Positions 37,420 to 50,199 of a DNA stretch of 64,000 nt are shown here, piece after piece. Position numbers and translations under genes: made by a program. Under the pieces are notes generated by a model. It was not told the DNA's origin. It saw nothing but the letters and a program-made list of their open reading frames with translations, and searched no databases. The stretch comes from Octopus sinensis (taxonomy: Eukaryota). Numbering within the stretch: position 1 is the first letter of the stretch; every line of letters begins with the position of its first letter. The DNA is taken from assembly GCF_006345805.1 (NCBI RefSeq), contig NW_021831287.1, positions 186,001-250,000 on the forward strand. Direction: 5' to 3'.

Positions 37420-37765
37420 GTTCCTTGTCCCCAAGTTCCCGATGGAAGGGAGAGGAAGAGCCTTTAACCAGACACCGCTGCCTTCACAGCGATCTTCACG
37501 GAGGCAAGCGACACAGTGTTGATTGGAGACATGAAGGAGGCCTTCGAAAATTGCCTGACAAGAGATTTCGTCCCATTGACGCTGGACAGATTAAGAATTG
37601 GGCAGCTTCGAGGCAAACCGAGCCTCCACCGACCACAGGCGGCAGAGTAATTTTCAGACAATTTCCGTTCGGAGAGGTTTCTAAGAACGATGTCTGAGAG
37701 AGTACGAGAAGCATAGTGAGCGGATAGGAATGCAGGGAGGGCAAGATCGGAATAGGGATGCAGTC
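37420..37765 (-). mobile_element. CRE-like non-LTR retrotransposon fragment
   Basis: DLALPAFLS... region homologous to GIRSCRDLSLPCYLSS at 46.2 kb; GC-rich relative to flanks. Confidence 0.55.
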
Positions 37766-38545
37766 AAAGCCATCAGATGATCACGAAGGTTTCTTTTTCC
37801 GTAAACTTTACGTATTTGAGATTTAAGAAGCATCTACAAGAGAAGCACCGTCCTTGCAAAAATTGGAAAAGTGGCAAGTTTTGAAGTCTTTTAACAGAAG
37901 CAAAATTTGTATCACATTTCATATATTCCCATAAACAGCTGTCGGAATGTTTTTATTTGAATATTGTAATATTTCTAAAATCCTATTCGTTTGAAGTTTT
38001 TGGACTATATTCACTAATTTTGCAAGGATCTGAATTGAAACGAATGCGTATTTTTTGATTTCAGCTTTTTTAAGGATTTCAAAAAATTAGAAAGAAAATT
38101 TTAAACATAGAAAGAATTTTTTATTGAAAAATTCTTTTTTTTATTTACAAGGACAGTTTTTGTTTGAAATTGTCTACTTGAGTTTAAAAGGACTTTTCTA
38201 AGTTTATTTGAGAATTTCGCAACAATTAATATTAGCCACAACCACAATAAATTATAATTTGAGAACATTCTTCCCCCTTCAAGAGTATATGACAGTTGTA
38301 CAAGACAGAATGAGACGGAAAGAAAACCTGGTCAACCCCAGGAATGTCTCTAAAATTGAATTCCAGAAATCATCAAACGACTGTTTGCCAAGTTTCGATA
38401 AGATTCTGTTTAATGAGAACAGAAATAAATAACTTTTCCAAATGAATAACTAATTCTCTGATTTATTAGACGAATTCTTTTATTTTTTAATTTTTGGTAT
38501 TTTTTGAGAACCAGTGTTTCTTAATTAATTTATCTTAAATTAACT

Positions 38546-38930
38546 ATGGATGGTTTTGAAGTAATAAAGAACATAAGTCCTGATAATGTTAGGTTTTATT
38601 CTAGAGTTTTGCAGGGACAACTTTACTGTGGTTGCTGCTGATACTAAAGTGGACGCCGAGTTCAGTTTATTAAATATGGCAAGTCCTCTTCTCACAATTA
38701 CTACAGATAATCTGAAAATAATAAATCTGAGTAACTACTTGTTTTTAGCTGAAAATGGCCAGACTGAGGACGTCAGTTACTTTTGTGACCATATCTTAAA
38801 GAATATTTTTTAATGGACACTAATTCTTTTAATATTACTGTCCAGGGACTGAGATGAGTGTTTACTTTACAGTCAACTTTATCAGAAGAAAGATTGCGGA
38901 CACACTTTTCGTATTTGCGTTTATAAAGTA
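38546..38930 (+). pseudogene. Truncated, divergent proteasome beta-4 (PSMB2-like) pseudogene
   Basis: F.VVAAD......LLNM...KI..LS....LAENGQTEDVSYFCDHILKNI...EMSV...VNFIRRKIADTL aligns by eye with the PSMB2 N-half. It has an in-frame stop or frameshift and no C-terminal half. Confidence 0.6.
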
Positions 38931-38999
38931 AAAAAAGAATAATAAACACGTTTTTAGTAACAAAAATTTGTTCAGTCTTATATAAGTTTAAATAAAAAA

Positions 39000-40282
39000 T
39001 AGCACAAATTTTGACGTCTAGTTACCCTAATAATGATAAATTCAGAAATCAATGATGAAAAAATTATTGAAATTGTAGATTTGAAACAGTTTTATTTATG
39101 AGTCAAATATTACCAATAAATTCTTCAATCCGCCATTTTCTCAAAATTTTTCGAATCGGACAAATTCTCGAATCTGCCAGATTTTTGTTAGCGAATCCAC
39201 CATATTTCTCAATTTTAAATAATTTTTTAAATTAATTTTACAGGTAAATAATTAATTTTTTAACACGTTTTCATTGTTTATTGCTGTTTTCATGAAACGT
39301 AACTGTACACGATTAAAAAATAAACAAAAAATTGTCATTTTCAAGTTCATTGAATCGAATATTGAATTACCTTCCATAAAAATTTCTGAAATTTTTCTGA
39401 AATATATAATGTACTTATTTCTGTAGATCTATTGATGATCTGAGAGAGCAAATGTGTTGAATAACTTAAGATCTGAAATTTATCGTAAAGAATATTTAAA
39501 GTTTAGTGAAATTAACAATAATACAAATTTTTGGATTAATTCAATGGATGCTAAAGTAGCCATTTTGATCGATGAAATTATTACTGAGAATTAAACTTTA
39601 AAGATGCAATATTATATATATTGATTCGAAAAATTATATTGGTTCGAAAAATTATTATATGATTCGAAAAGTTATTATATTGGTTCGAAAAATTATTATA
39701 TTGATCCGAAAACCCTATATTCAAACATTATGATGCATGGAACAAGATTGATTGTTTTTTAAAATTCAAATGCTTTACATATGCAAACTGGATTCAAGAC
39801 ATTAAAGTATAAATTATGAAAACCCTGCTGTAATTGAAAAAGACTAATATATTCTAGAAAAATGAACATAAGTGATCCTTTAGAAGAAAGGCTTTATATT
39901 GAAATTGACTACAATGAAAATTAAGAATTTGATTTGAATGATTTTGAGACAATAGAACAAGAAATTGATGGTGAAAAACACCTTGTAGAAAGTCAGAAAG
40001 GAGTAGTTTTCACGTGGCTTTTTAAGCTTTAAATAAATCAAAAAATTCTATAATCAGTAAGAAATAAAAAAAAGTAAAAATTCTTCGATGTCGAAAATCC
40101 CGAATCCATTGAAAAGCTTGGATCATCAATGATCCGAACTCTAAAAAATCAAAAATTACTGATTTTTTTGTTATAAATAATTTTTTGCTTTACATTATCA
40201 ATAGACGAATGAATCAATAAGTCTCTCGAATCCCCCAGATTTTGCCGATCCCCGAAATTGGCAGATTTGAGAGAGCTTACTG
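39000..40282 (+). mobile_element. Highly decayed pogo/Tigger element with an internal ~20-23-bp tandem repeat (39612-39712)
   Basis: Terminus GAGAGAGCTTACTG|TA; repeated TTGGTTCGAAAAATTATTATA units. Confidence 0.5.
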
Positions 40283-40496
40283 TATTTTTAATTTATTGGT
40301 TATTATTGTGATTATATTCGTTGTTAGATCTAAACAAATGAAGGCCAAAATGTGCATTTAGTCACTTCAAACTATAATTTCGACTTGTTCCGTAAATAGT
40401 TGATTCTTATCTCATCTGCCATGTCTGTAATTGATAAATGTCTTATTTTTTTCAAAAAAACTATTTAATAAACGAAAATAATTAAAAGAAAATAGA

Positions 40497-40920
40497 CTAA
40501 AGTAGTTTAGGTCTAAAACTGTTACTGATCGAGAAGACGTTGCCCCTCAGGATCGCAATGGAAATTCTTTGAAACAACCATTGCTTCACCCGAGGCTCTC
40601 GTTGTCTTCTGGCAATCAGTTGTCCGATTTTTCCAACGAGATCCTGGGGTTTGTTGGTCATTGCTCCGGACGTTTCAAAGAAGATCGGATCAGTGGCTAA
40701 CTTTAGAGAAGAATCGAGCGATTGAAGCATGCCAGATTTTATGGAGCAGTTTGATGTTCGCAGCAAATATAGAATTCTTGGAAACATAAGGTTTATTCTG
40801 AGCATGAAAAATCCAAAGTAAGTATCAAGCAGGATGAGTTTATTTGTAAAATCAGTGACCCATTTGGATTTCTCATATAGCCTTCTTGAGTTGGCTTTGG
40901 CCATCTTCTTTTTTATATCT
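40497..40920 (-). mobile_element. CRE-like non-LTR retrotransposon C-terminal fragment
   Basis: PRILYLLRT and PIFFETSG...WLFQRISIAILRGN, the typical CRE-clade C-terminus. Confidence 0.7.
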
Positions 40921-41459
40921 CGTAATGATTTTAACTTATGATATACAAAAAAATAAAGTCAGCAATTAATAGAAATATTATTTATTTAATAAAGAGTTTT
41001 TTAATTATTTTTTCAACAAATAACGAATAACTTTAATGGTTTTAGCGTGTTGTTCTTGTTGTCTTTGTATGTGGCTATCCTTTTTTTGTTGCTTTCGTAT
41101 AAAATATATTTTGTAAATTTTTTTATTGATATTCCTTTGATCTTACAAGTTTTGTAATTTACTGATTTTGAATAGCGATGTGATTTTTTAAATCCTGTTA
41201 TTTTAAATTTATTAATCTTGTATAACTACAAAATTTGTATTTATCGTTTGGAAGTATTGTTTTTACACTTATTGTATTATTTTTATTCACATCGAAGCGA
41301 TTTCTACATTTTTTCAATTTATATTATGTCACGAGCTGGACGCGTTACCGAGCCGGACGCGTTACACTTGTGGACTTAGAAAAAAAAATTTTTTTAATTG
41401 TTTTAATTTATTGTAAAAAAGAAAACAAAGAGAAACGAGAGTTAACAAGAGGACTTCTG

Positions 41460-41620
41460 ATTGAGAAACAGTAAACAGATATTGGTGTACTTTGAAATCT
41501 TTAATTCTTCTGCTCTGCGAGAAGCAGGGCCAGCTGCGACAGCTGAAGGAGGAAGATTTTGTTCGGAAAAGTGTCTGAGCAAGTTGCATCCCATATCAGC
41601 GATTTTCTAAACTCGAATGG
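41460..41620 (-). mobile_element. CRE-like restriction-like endonuclease fragment
   Basis: PF...KSLIWDATCSDT...A..AE motif. Confidence 0.65.
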
Positions 41621-41699
41621 GAAGGTGGATAGAAAAAAATTGAACATAAAATTCAACTTTAATTTCTCAGGTGATTTTGTCAATAAAAAATTAATAAAT

Positions 41700-43385
41700 T
41701 GACAAATACCGAAGACATAGCAAATCTTCTGGTCTTTTCCAACTTTTTCACAAAAATGCTACTTTCTTTGGACCTATACCATCCTTGATAGCCATATATC
41801 AAGAATGGCTCAATACATGTAGAATACACAAAAAGGAAAGTTCGAGTCTTTAATTATGTCTTCGAGTCTAGAGTTCATCTGTGGTCCTAAATTTACTGAT
41901 TTATTTCTTAACCAGGCATTGTGTTCCTGTTTTGTCCTGTTACACAGATACTTGTTGATCGCATTGTAGTATGAAGGACTAATTTCCTCTATCGGATATA
42001 AATAAGTATATCTATCATATATTATATTTCGTTCGAACCAGTCTTTGAAGTGTTCGATTTCATTCCCGATCGGTTTTCCTCGGTACCGGACAATTGATCT
42101 ATCAAAACAATTGAGGGCAGCGTCTCCTTTATTAATTTCGTCTTTCTCGTCAATTGTATGTGTTTGCCGGTAAAGACGAGTCATGTCATCTTGATAAGAA
42201 CTATCCTTCGGATTAAAGACTACAGTCATGTCGCTGTAGTCTGCTTCTTCAAACAAATATTGGACAGCATTTCCATATTGTTTAGACAATATAGAAGTAG
42301 CCCTGCCAATAATGTAGTTGTCCTTTCCCTTGGCAATTTCTTTTCAAAATTTCTCTTTTCTCTTGATCACTCAAGTTGGCATGAAGAACTTTTTTTGAAG
42401 AGCTTGTTTAGCGCGTTGATCGCTTTGATCTGCTCAATGGATTTTTCTTCTATTTGTATTTCGTTTTTATCTTTATTTCTCTCATTTTATCGTCAGATGA
42501 AAATAAAAATCTTATGTATCGTATTTACCTCTTTAAACAAATACCGAATTGAATTGTTTATTTTCTATGTAACAAACTCGTCACTAGATTAAAAGGGGGA
42601 GAGAAGAGCCAAACGAAACCAAGGAGACGGAAGAACCAAGTTTGTCTGCTGATTGGGGTCAACTCTAATGGGACACCAGATGTCCCTTCTATAAAAATAA
42701 CGACCCCTGCACCACTATTTATTTAAGTGATGCAACAGTTTTTCAATGGATCGTACCGATCCCTCCAGCTCTGGGGTTAGTTTGGATTTTAAGTTAAGCC
42801 ATGTGCCAGTTTAATGGCATAATCTCCGCGTTTTCTCCAAACTTCGCAGCTTCCGAACCATCCTTGAGATCCATAGATCAGGAAGGGTTCTATACACGCA
42901 GAGTATACGTATAAACGTTTCCGGTTTCAGCTGGAATCGCATCAGAGCTTTCAACATTTGGGTAGCCTTGTTCTTTATCTTCCTTATATACATCTTGAAT
43001 GAACCAGTTGCATCCACAACTATCCGAGGTATTTAAGATCATCAACAAATACCGAACGAACGAACAGATTTTATTAACTTAGCAACCAAAGAGAAGAGTT
43101 ATATGAAAAGGTTTTATTAAAATCGAGACACCGAAAGCCTCCTCCTTGCTTTCCTTTTCACTTCTCATGCCCTTTGCAATGAGCAGAGGACTTGCCGAAT
43201 GTTTTGAGTTTGTTCGTCTAGCTCTCTGGGGCGATCCTGATCAAGCCGTAGCTTATATGCCAGTTTAATCGCAAAGCGCCTTGTTTTCTCCAGTTTGGTG
43301 ATTATGCGATTTCTCTCGTCTGTAGGGTACCAACCTTCATGTCCATAGATAAGGACTGGTTCTACTATGAAATGGAATATCACCT
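41700..43385 (-). mobile_element. Three non-LTR RT thumb-region fragments, one fused to an unknown ORF (41810-42289)
   Basis: (C/I)(I/V)EP.LIYG..GW......LEKTRR.A occurs at ~41.75, ~42.85 and ~43.3 kb; KYLG..D upstream in the middle copy. Confidence 0.65.
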
Positions 43386-44236
43386 AAACAGTTTGAAAAT
43401 GTGACAATTTAACCTGTAGAAGAATGTTTGGTTAAATTGTAGAAATATACTGCCTCTTTAATATGCTTTGTCCAACATTTTTCTGAAGATTCCGACATCA
43501 TTTTAGATAAGCTTCTCGTAATTGTTTGATTTAACCGTTCAACAATTTCCTGACTCCTGGGGTTATTTGGCCGGCTATGTATTTGCTGAATTTGGAATTT
43601 TTGACAAATCTCCTGTATGTAAGAATTTTTAAACTCTGGTCCGTTTTCAAAAAATAAATCTTAAGTTGTTCCGCAACTTCTTTCCCACTCTATTCCGCAA
43701 ATTCCTGGTGTAGGCATACTTAGAATAAACGTCGATAATTGTGAGTAACCATGAATATAACTCATTACTTTGTTTGAATCTGATAAAAATAAATTTTAAA
43801 ATTTTCTACCTCCTTAGATCTATCAAATCTATCTGATATCTTTCATTTGGAAGATTTGTAACAATATGATTTTGCTCATCGCCAACTTTTAATGGTGTGG
43901 AAAAACGGCACACTTCACAATCTGACACTACTTTCCGAATAATTTCCCTTTTTATTCCGAAGTAACTGCGCATGCAATGGTATTCCAAGCTATTGTGTCC
44001 ACAATGGATCTGCTTCGCGACCAAATCCATCTCTTGAGTGTTGTCTGTGGAAATAACCAGCTTATGATCTCCACACGGTTGTCTCAGTAAAGTCGTCCAT
44101 TAATAAGAATAAATTTTTCCGCCTTCTTTCTCAACCGGTAAATACGATGTCTAGATTTATGAGAACAGGTTTCAGAATCCAAAATTCGACACAAAATGTC
44201 GTATTCTTCGGAATTTTTGATGAATGAACGAGACAT
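43385..44236 (-). mobile_element. Ginger-type integrase remnant with two 30-nt introns
   Basis: HCGHN...C.VC, YQIDLIDLRR|F...WLLTIIDVYSKY, HSRPNNP..Q.IVER. Introns 43780-43809 and 43385-43414. Confidence 0.8.
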
Positions 44237-44324
44237 TAACAAGATAAATATTAACTGCCAAATTTATTCTCTGAAGCAGTTGTTGATGAAATCCACCTTT
44301 TTATTGATTGATTGAATCTTAATG

Positions 44325-45138
44325 TCAAATTACCTTGTATCTACCTTTCAACTTGACCTTGTATCCAAGGGGCACGAGGTCTACCAAATATCTGTTTAGT
44401 GCCGAACTCGAGGCACGTCGCATGCATTTTAGAATTTTTAAATTCTCTACCATTGTCGGTATGCAGAATTGTTGGTGGTTGATATGAATAAAAAATTTTC
44501 CGAAACAATTCAGTAATCTCTTCTCCATTTTTTGTCTTTGCAATATCAACAATTCCAAATTTGGAGAATGAGTCAATGACCACAAGAATCTATTCATTAA
44601 TTTATTGATTCTTACCCAAGAATAACCATCATTTTTTGAAGAATACCGCCTAAGATCTATTAGATCCGCGATATATCTATCGCGCGGATTTTTAGCAATG
44701 ATTGGAGTGACTGTAGGTTTAGTAGCCATTGTTTTTTTGAAAAACAATAGCTACACCGACGAATGATTGCAGAAATTTGGTCTCTAGTGCAATTGTAAAA
44801 AGTTCTTCTTAAAATACTGAATAGTCGGTTTCGTCCAAAATGATATTTGTTATGTTCAGCCTAAAAATAATGATGTAGACACGTTTTTTTATTAAATTTA
44901 TTTAATAAATAAAAATATTAATTATTTATAAAAATTATATAGATTTTTCATTTAATCTTCATAACTTTATGATTTGTATATTTTTCTGACATGTATTAAA
45001 AAAATTAACGCGTCAATTAAAAAAATATAAAAAAAAGATGTTTTTCTTTTTTGATAAATAGTCTATATTTTCAGTTTGGCTTGATTTGGTTAGAGTCGAT
45101 CCACTCCTGTCGCCCAGGCTCACGTACCGACCGTGACA
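44325..45138 (-). mobile_element. Second Ginger-type integrase fragment with 5' terminus
   Basis: ADLIDLRRY...YSW|ILVVIDSFSKF...LHTDNGREF...GRPRAPWIQGQVER; 26-nt intron 44590-44615; terminus TGTCACG on the minus strand at 45138. Confidence 0.8.
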
Positions 45139-45188
45139 TATTATTTTATTTAACCCAGGAATCACCAACAGTCAATTAGAGTAATTAA

Positions 45189-45420
45189 TTAGGTGATTTC
45201 AACAATCCTCAAGATCTTTCTCAGTGTTTCCCGATGTTGGATTCTGGACCCAACGCAAGTGCGGAACGGACGAAGAACAGTTCTCGTAACGAATTGAATC
45301 GGGGTAATGTTCTTCTGATTGCTAATTGACATATAATGGTTTTTTGACAGTTGGTCCTGTTTAATGGTCAAGAAGCCCTTTTCATCTTTCTTGATTAGGA
45401 GGTCAAGCGGACTTGGAAAA
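45189..45420 (-). mobile_element. Possible Penelope-like RT C-terminal fragment
   Basis: LDLLI......T....KNHYM...R..RTC......E.L.KI resembles the PLE thumb region. Confidence 0.4.
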
Positions 45421-45799
45421 ATATTGTTCAAATTGGAAATTTGCATTATGCTATTTTGTATTACACGTACAAGAAAATAGATTTCACTTTTTGTTTTTAT
45501 TTTCTTTCACAAAATTTATCAACGATTTGTATTTTGTGATATATGTGTGGCCAGGTCGCCATGGGCAGGAACTTTAAAAATTAATTAATTGACATTTATT
45601 GTCATTTTTTGGACGAGACTTCAACACCGACATTTATGAGTGAATCGGACGAAATTGTAACTATTTCTTGTCAAAAAATAAAATAATCAATTTTTTCAAA
45701 TCAAGGATTATTTTTAATTTCAAAGGAAGGCCGCATATTCGTTATTCTTATTTATTTTTTTTAAAAGAAGGAATCAAGAAAATGAGAAGTTAACTAAAT

Positions 45800-47530
45800 T
45801 AGATGAGTCGCCGAGCGGATGGACAGGCAATTTCCACGTGACGATATCCGCTGAAAAAGTCAGCTCGTTTCACAACTGTCGTGACTCCTCCTCGAGATGA
45901 TTAAACCAATCTCTGAGAGGAGTTTGAGAGCTTTTTGGCCAATTACCCCACTGGTTTTGAAAGCCAGGGGGACGAAGCAACAAGGCGAATATCTTCAGTT
46001 ATGTGCGAACAATATAATATTATCTCAGTTCCTTTGAGCAGATGGAATGTCCGGGACTTTAAGCCTCCGAGAAATCCACACGTTGACACCAGCCGTATAT
46101 TCCAACAACTCGCACTGTTCAGAAGAGGGAAAAAGAACAGAGTTGACGAAATTAGTGGAAGCGGACAACGAAGATAGGTAACACGGAAGAGATAAATCAC
46201 GGCAAGAGCGAATACCGATGCCCTCATAACGAATGGGCAAATTAACACGCAGCGTATCACCGGATTTGAATTTTATGTTTACCAGTAGCTCAAGGGCTTT
46301 TGAAACCAGATTATCGAGGCGAGATAAGTATTCTTGTTCGAGGGATTTGAATAATCTTATTTATTATCTATGAATTTGAATAATTTTATATTTTTGACAA
46401 TTTTTTGATATGATGTTTTTATAAGGCTAATGATCCATAAAGTTTTTTTTCTAATTTTCTGACCTTTTTTTCCCTACTTTTGTGCAGTGGTTTCATATTT
46501 TGAATATATGTTTACTACACACAATTATTATTAATAGCACTTTTACGGACCAAAGATGTTGTGCTGATCAAGGTCGTTTGTACCAGTCATAAAATTTTTT
46601 TAACATGAGAAAGAGAACAAATAAGTGATAGGAAAATACACATACTGCAACTTCGGCTGCCGGGGCTGATAAGGGATATTTATAAGCTCACACTTGCTGG
46701 CGTTTACTTCCAGTCCAATTTCAAAAAGGGTGGGAATTATGTTGAAAATATTTTCAATCACAGTATCAGCAGTTGCATGATCGAGATACCACAGTTTGAA
46801 AGTAGAATCGTTTGGCGTACGGCAGAGTCAATACTGAGGCTAAAAACTGCTTTACCCTTACGGAAGACGTAACTCGTCGATATACATCGTGCGTACTCTC
46901 CTCTTTTACTTTTACATACAACCTGGGACGTAAATTGTATCACCACGTCGAATCTTCTTGCGCTGTTATTCGCAAAGTAATTTTCATTACTATATTATTT
47001 ACAAGTCAATTTTGCAGCTGAGAACATCATTAGTACGACGGTAGTCTCGATAGTGTCAATTCTATCATTCCTTGGAATTGTATGGTTATCACTACACAAA
47101 AACGCTTTATGTAGGGTAGATCTAAAATTCGGGAGATTAGTTGTTGATTCATCCCAAAAGAATTCGTTGAAAGCACAACTGTGATTTGAGGGAATTTCGT
47201 CTGTATATAAACGTCATGAGCTCGGTCTTCATACTGTCCAAGACCTTCTTTCCAATCAATAAATTGATCAGGAATCGGAAGGCTGTGTATTTCAAGCGAC
47301 TCATATGCGTTTATGAGATACGAGATTCCGCCACTGTTATCCCAATTGAAAGAATAAATGCATGCGAGGATCTCCTTTATAAGTACTTTCACATCCAGTA
47401 AGGATTTTATGAAGTGGAATGGCCGCATATTCGTCGAGGCCGGCAGGTGCTCGCGCTTGAGTAGATCCAAGATCTCAGGTGTCGTAGGCAGTATTGTGCC
47501 GTTGTTGGAAATAGCGCAGAAAACTCCCAT
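45800..47530 (-). mobile_element. Fragmented CRE-like retrotransposon (pre-RT, RT core, post-RT)
   Basis: LLKREH.P...I.SF...SGG (47.4 kb); WYLD...IGLEVNASKCEL (46.7 kb); LPIRY.GIGIRS..DL.LP.YLSS (46.2 kb). The pieces are colinear on the minus strand. Confidence 0.7.
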
Positions 47531-48806
47531 TATTTTTTTAATTTGACATGTTTTATAGTAATTATTTTTTGATAGTTTTATAACTTTTATAATAAAATCG
47601 TGTGTTTTTTTACCAATTTTCTATGAATTATATTTATGAATTTCAAATAAATATGATTGAAAATGGTCTTTGATTAAAAATGTCAAATTTGATATGGAAA
47701 AAAGTGATGAGACTATCAAAAAATATGAATTTTTTTCTGCAATAGATATAAATAATTATCTTCTGGTAGCTTTTTTTGAACTGGTTGATTAGTCTTGATT
47801 TTAATAAAATTGATTAATAAATTCTGATTAGTATCATTAAAATTATCAGGTCGTTAAGAATATAATCAGGCGTATAACACTAGGGAGAAGTATCATAATG
47901 AGATGCTGTTTTTCATCAAAAGGCTTCGGTGAACTATTTGTAATAGATATAATTCGCACAAATATTGCGAAATCCTGAAAAAATGTCTGTTACGTTCGGC
48001 ACTAAATTAAATTTGACACAAAAATGGACATTCAACAATGGAAAAAAACTAATTATTCTAACTAATTCAGAATTGGAACGTCCATTATCTTCTTTTGTTT
48101 TATAATTTTTCTTTTTATTGTAATGCAGATGATTAAACCGCTAAAAGCTAGACATCTCATTCGAAAATCAAAGGCCAGGCTATACAATTAGGAAAAACGT
48201 TATGTCACATTCAGGGAGGAATATAACTAGTGATTACTGTCTTAAAATCGGATTAAAATTGATAAGTCTATTCATAACACGTCCCTATTGTACTAGAAAA
48301 GTTTAAAAATGCCCCTTAGTAATATAACTGGACATGAATAGCTTTGCTTAAGGACTAGACTAGTCCACAACTGGTTTGTGTGGTGAAAGAGAAAATTTTC
48401 GAATATTTTTGATAATTTTACTAATTATAAGTAGAATATAATTAAGAAATGTATTTGGCAAGAACTACGGCATGAGGAAACATACCGCGTAGAAACCAAA
48501 ATTTTTTGTCTCCGTTTTATAACATCATTTAAGAAAACGATACAAAAACGGAACATGTAACAAGAAAAACAATCACGTGAAACATTTATAAATTTTATTT
48601 ATTTAATTAATACAAATTGTAGTAAAAATATATAATAATTAAATGAAAAATATTATTTATCTAGATAATTCTTTTGTTTTCATTTATAAATAAGATTATC
48701 TCATAATCAAAATTACTAAATATAAATTAGATTTATTTAAAAATAATTAAAAATAATAATAAAATATTAATAAAATTAATTTCGTAATAAACATTACATA
48801 ATTTAA

Positions 48807-49995
48807 ATGATAACAGTAAATTCAGTGAGTTTTGGCAACAATGAAAGGTACCCGAAACTAGTCCCCTAATCACTCCCAGTGTACTCTCATTGGGGACAAC
48901 CTTCGGATACAGGACATTCACCTTCAAAAGTCATCGTCCCCTCGTCCAATTCCACTCAGAAACAATTAATGACATTGTTTTATTTGAACAAATTACTTCA
49001 CAAAATTTCGCGCTCTTTGTTGCTCAAAATAATCGGCGCCTTGTGGTATGTTTATCACTCGAGACCCACATGATCCTCAACTCATTTATTTTCCCCACAA
49101 CCGTCCATTCAATTCGCGCCAATTCTACTGTACCTTTTATTTAAATATTTAGATTTTCGCGGTTAAATTTGGAGCAAAAATCGATATTTTTTCAACAAAA
49201 AAAATATGTCAAATCACATCTTTTTCTGTCGATCCTGAATCAGGTGAGGATGCCGTGGCGATTTGTTCTTCTTGGATTGCCTTTTCGGGGACCAAGGGTC
49301 ACCTCACTGTCCTCCAAGTGGGCAAGAATGACCCCCAAGAACTCGTCTGTTTTGAAGAAAGTATTGGAATTGTCAATTTTTCCCACTCCCGTGATTATTT
49401 GGCAGTTTCTACCACCACGGTGATTTCTCCGTGATTGACCCGACAGGGGGTTGTTATCAAAGTTTATGATCCGGCCAAGAATACACTTCTTTTTCAGTTT
49501 GTAAGAGGACTATTCAGGCATGGCGGGAAAATTTAAGTAATAGAAATGTAAAAATGACTTCTTTGACATTTTGCGGAAAATATTTGGTAGCGTCGTCCGA
49601 AACGGAGTCCGTTCATGTTTTTGACTTGTCGGAAGAGAAGAGAGATGAGTCTGTCTGGTGGACATTGGCAAAGACTTCTTTGAGTTTTCTCCCCTTCGAG
49701 ACAGCCAAAATGGTCACATGGACTCGAGCTGTGGCCACAATTCACCTTCCCTGTGAGGCAGGACGGGTTACAAGGACTCGTGCTTTTGAGTTGTTTTTGT
49801 GTGGTTTGTATGTGTAGACATAATGGGGAAATGTTTTTGTATGTTTTTTCTGGATTGGGGTGGTTTTATTGCTTTGTTGTGGATGATTGTTATTCGGTTA
49901 GACAAATTGAGTCACATTTTTTGTTGTATCACATTTTTGATTATTTTTTTTGTAGAAATAAAAAATACTGGGTTAGTGGGGGAGACACCTTGTGA
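48807..49995 (+). CDS. WIPI: PROPPIN / Atg18 family (WIPI1/2-like)
   Basis: VSFGNNES.LSLGT..GYR.F; EQITS...ALF; YLAV....G.VIKVY....LFQFVRG..R....SL.F...YLVASSETESVHVF; RAVATIHLP. Micro-introns include GC-AG 49518-49543. Confidence 0.85.
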
Positions 49996-50199
49996 TTTTT
50001 TTGACCATATTCTCATATCTTTTTGTAAACTTCATAAATTTTTGTATTTGAGTAATAATCTATTTTTTATAAACTCTTTTTATGAAATTAGTTAGTTTAA
50101 GGATGTGCCTGAATATTGTGTATTTTTACTTAAGGTTGAACATTCACTAATAATAGAAATCCGGAATAAAAATATTTTTTAGTAATAAGTTTTATTCAT

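Noticed and set aside
48832-48843. TTGGCAAC X-box and ATG 48841 as the WIPI promoter and start
   Set aside because: The frame requires the upstream ATG 48807, so this sequence is coding (SFGNNE).
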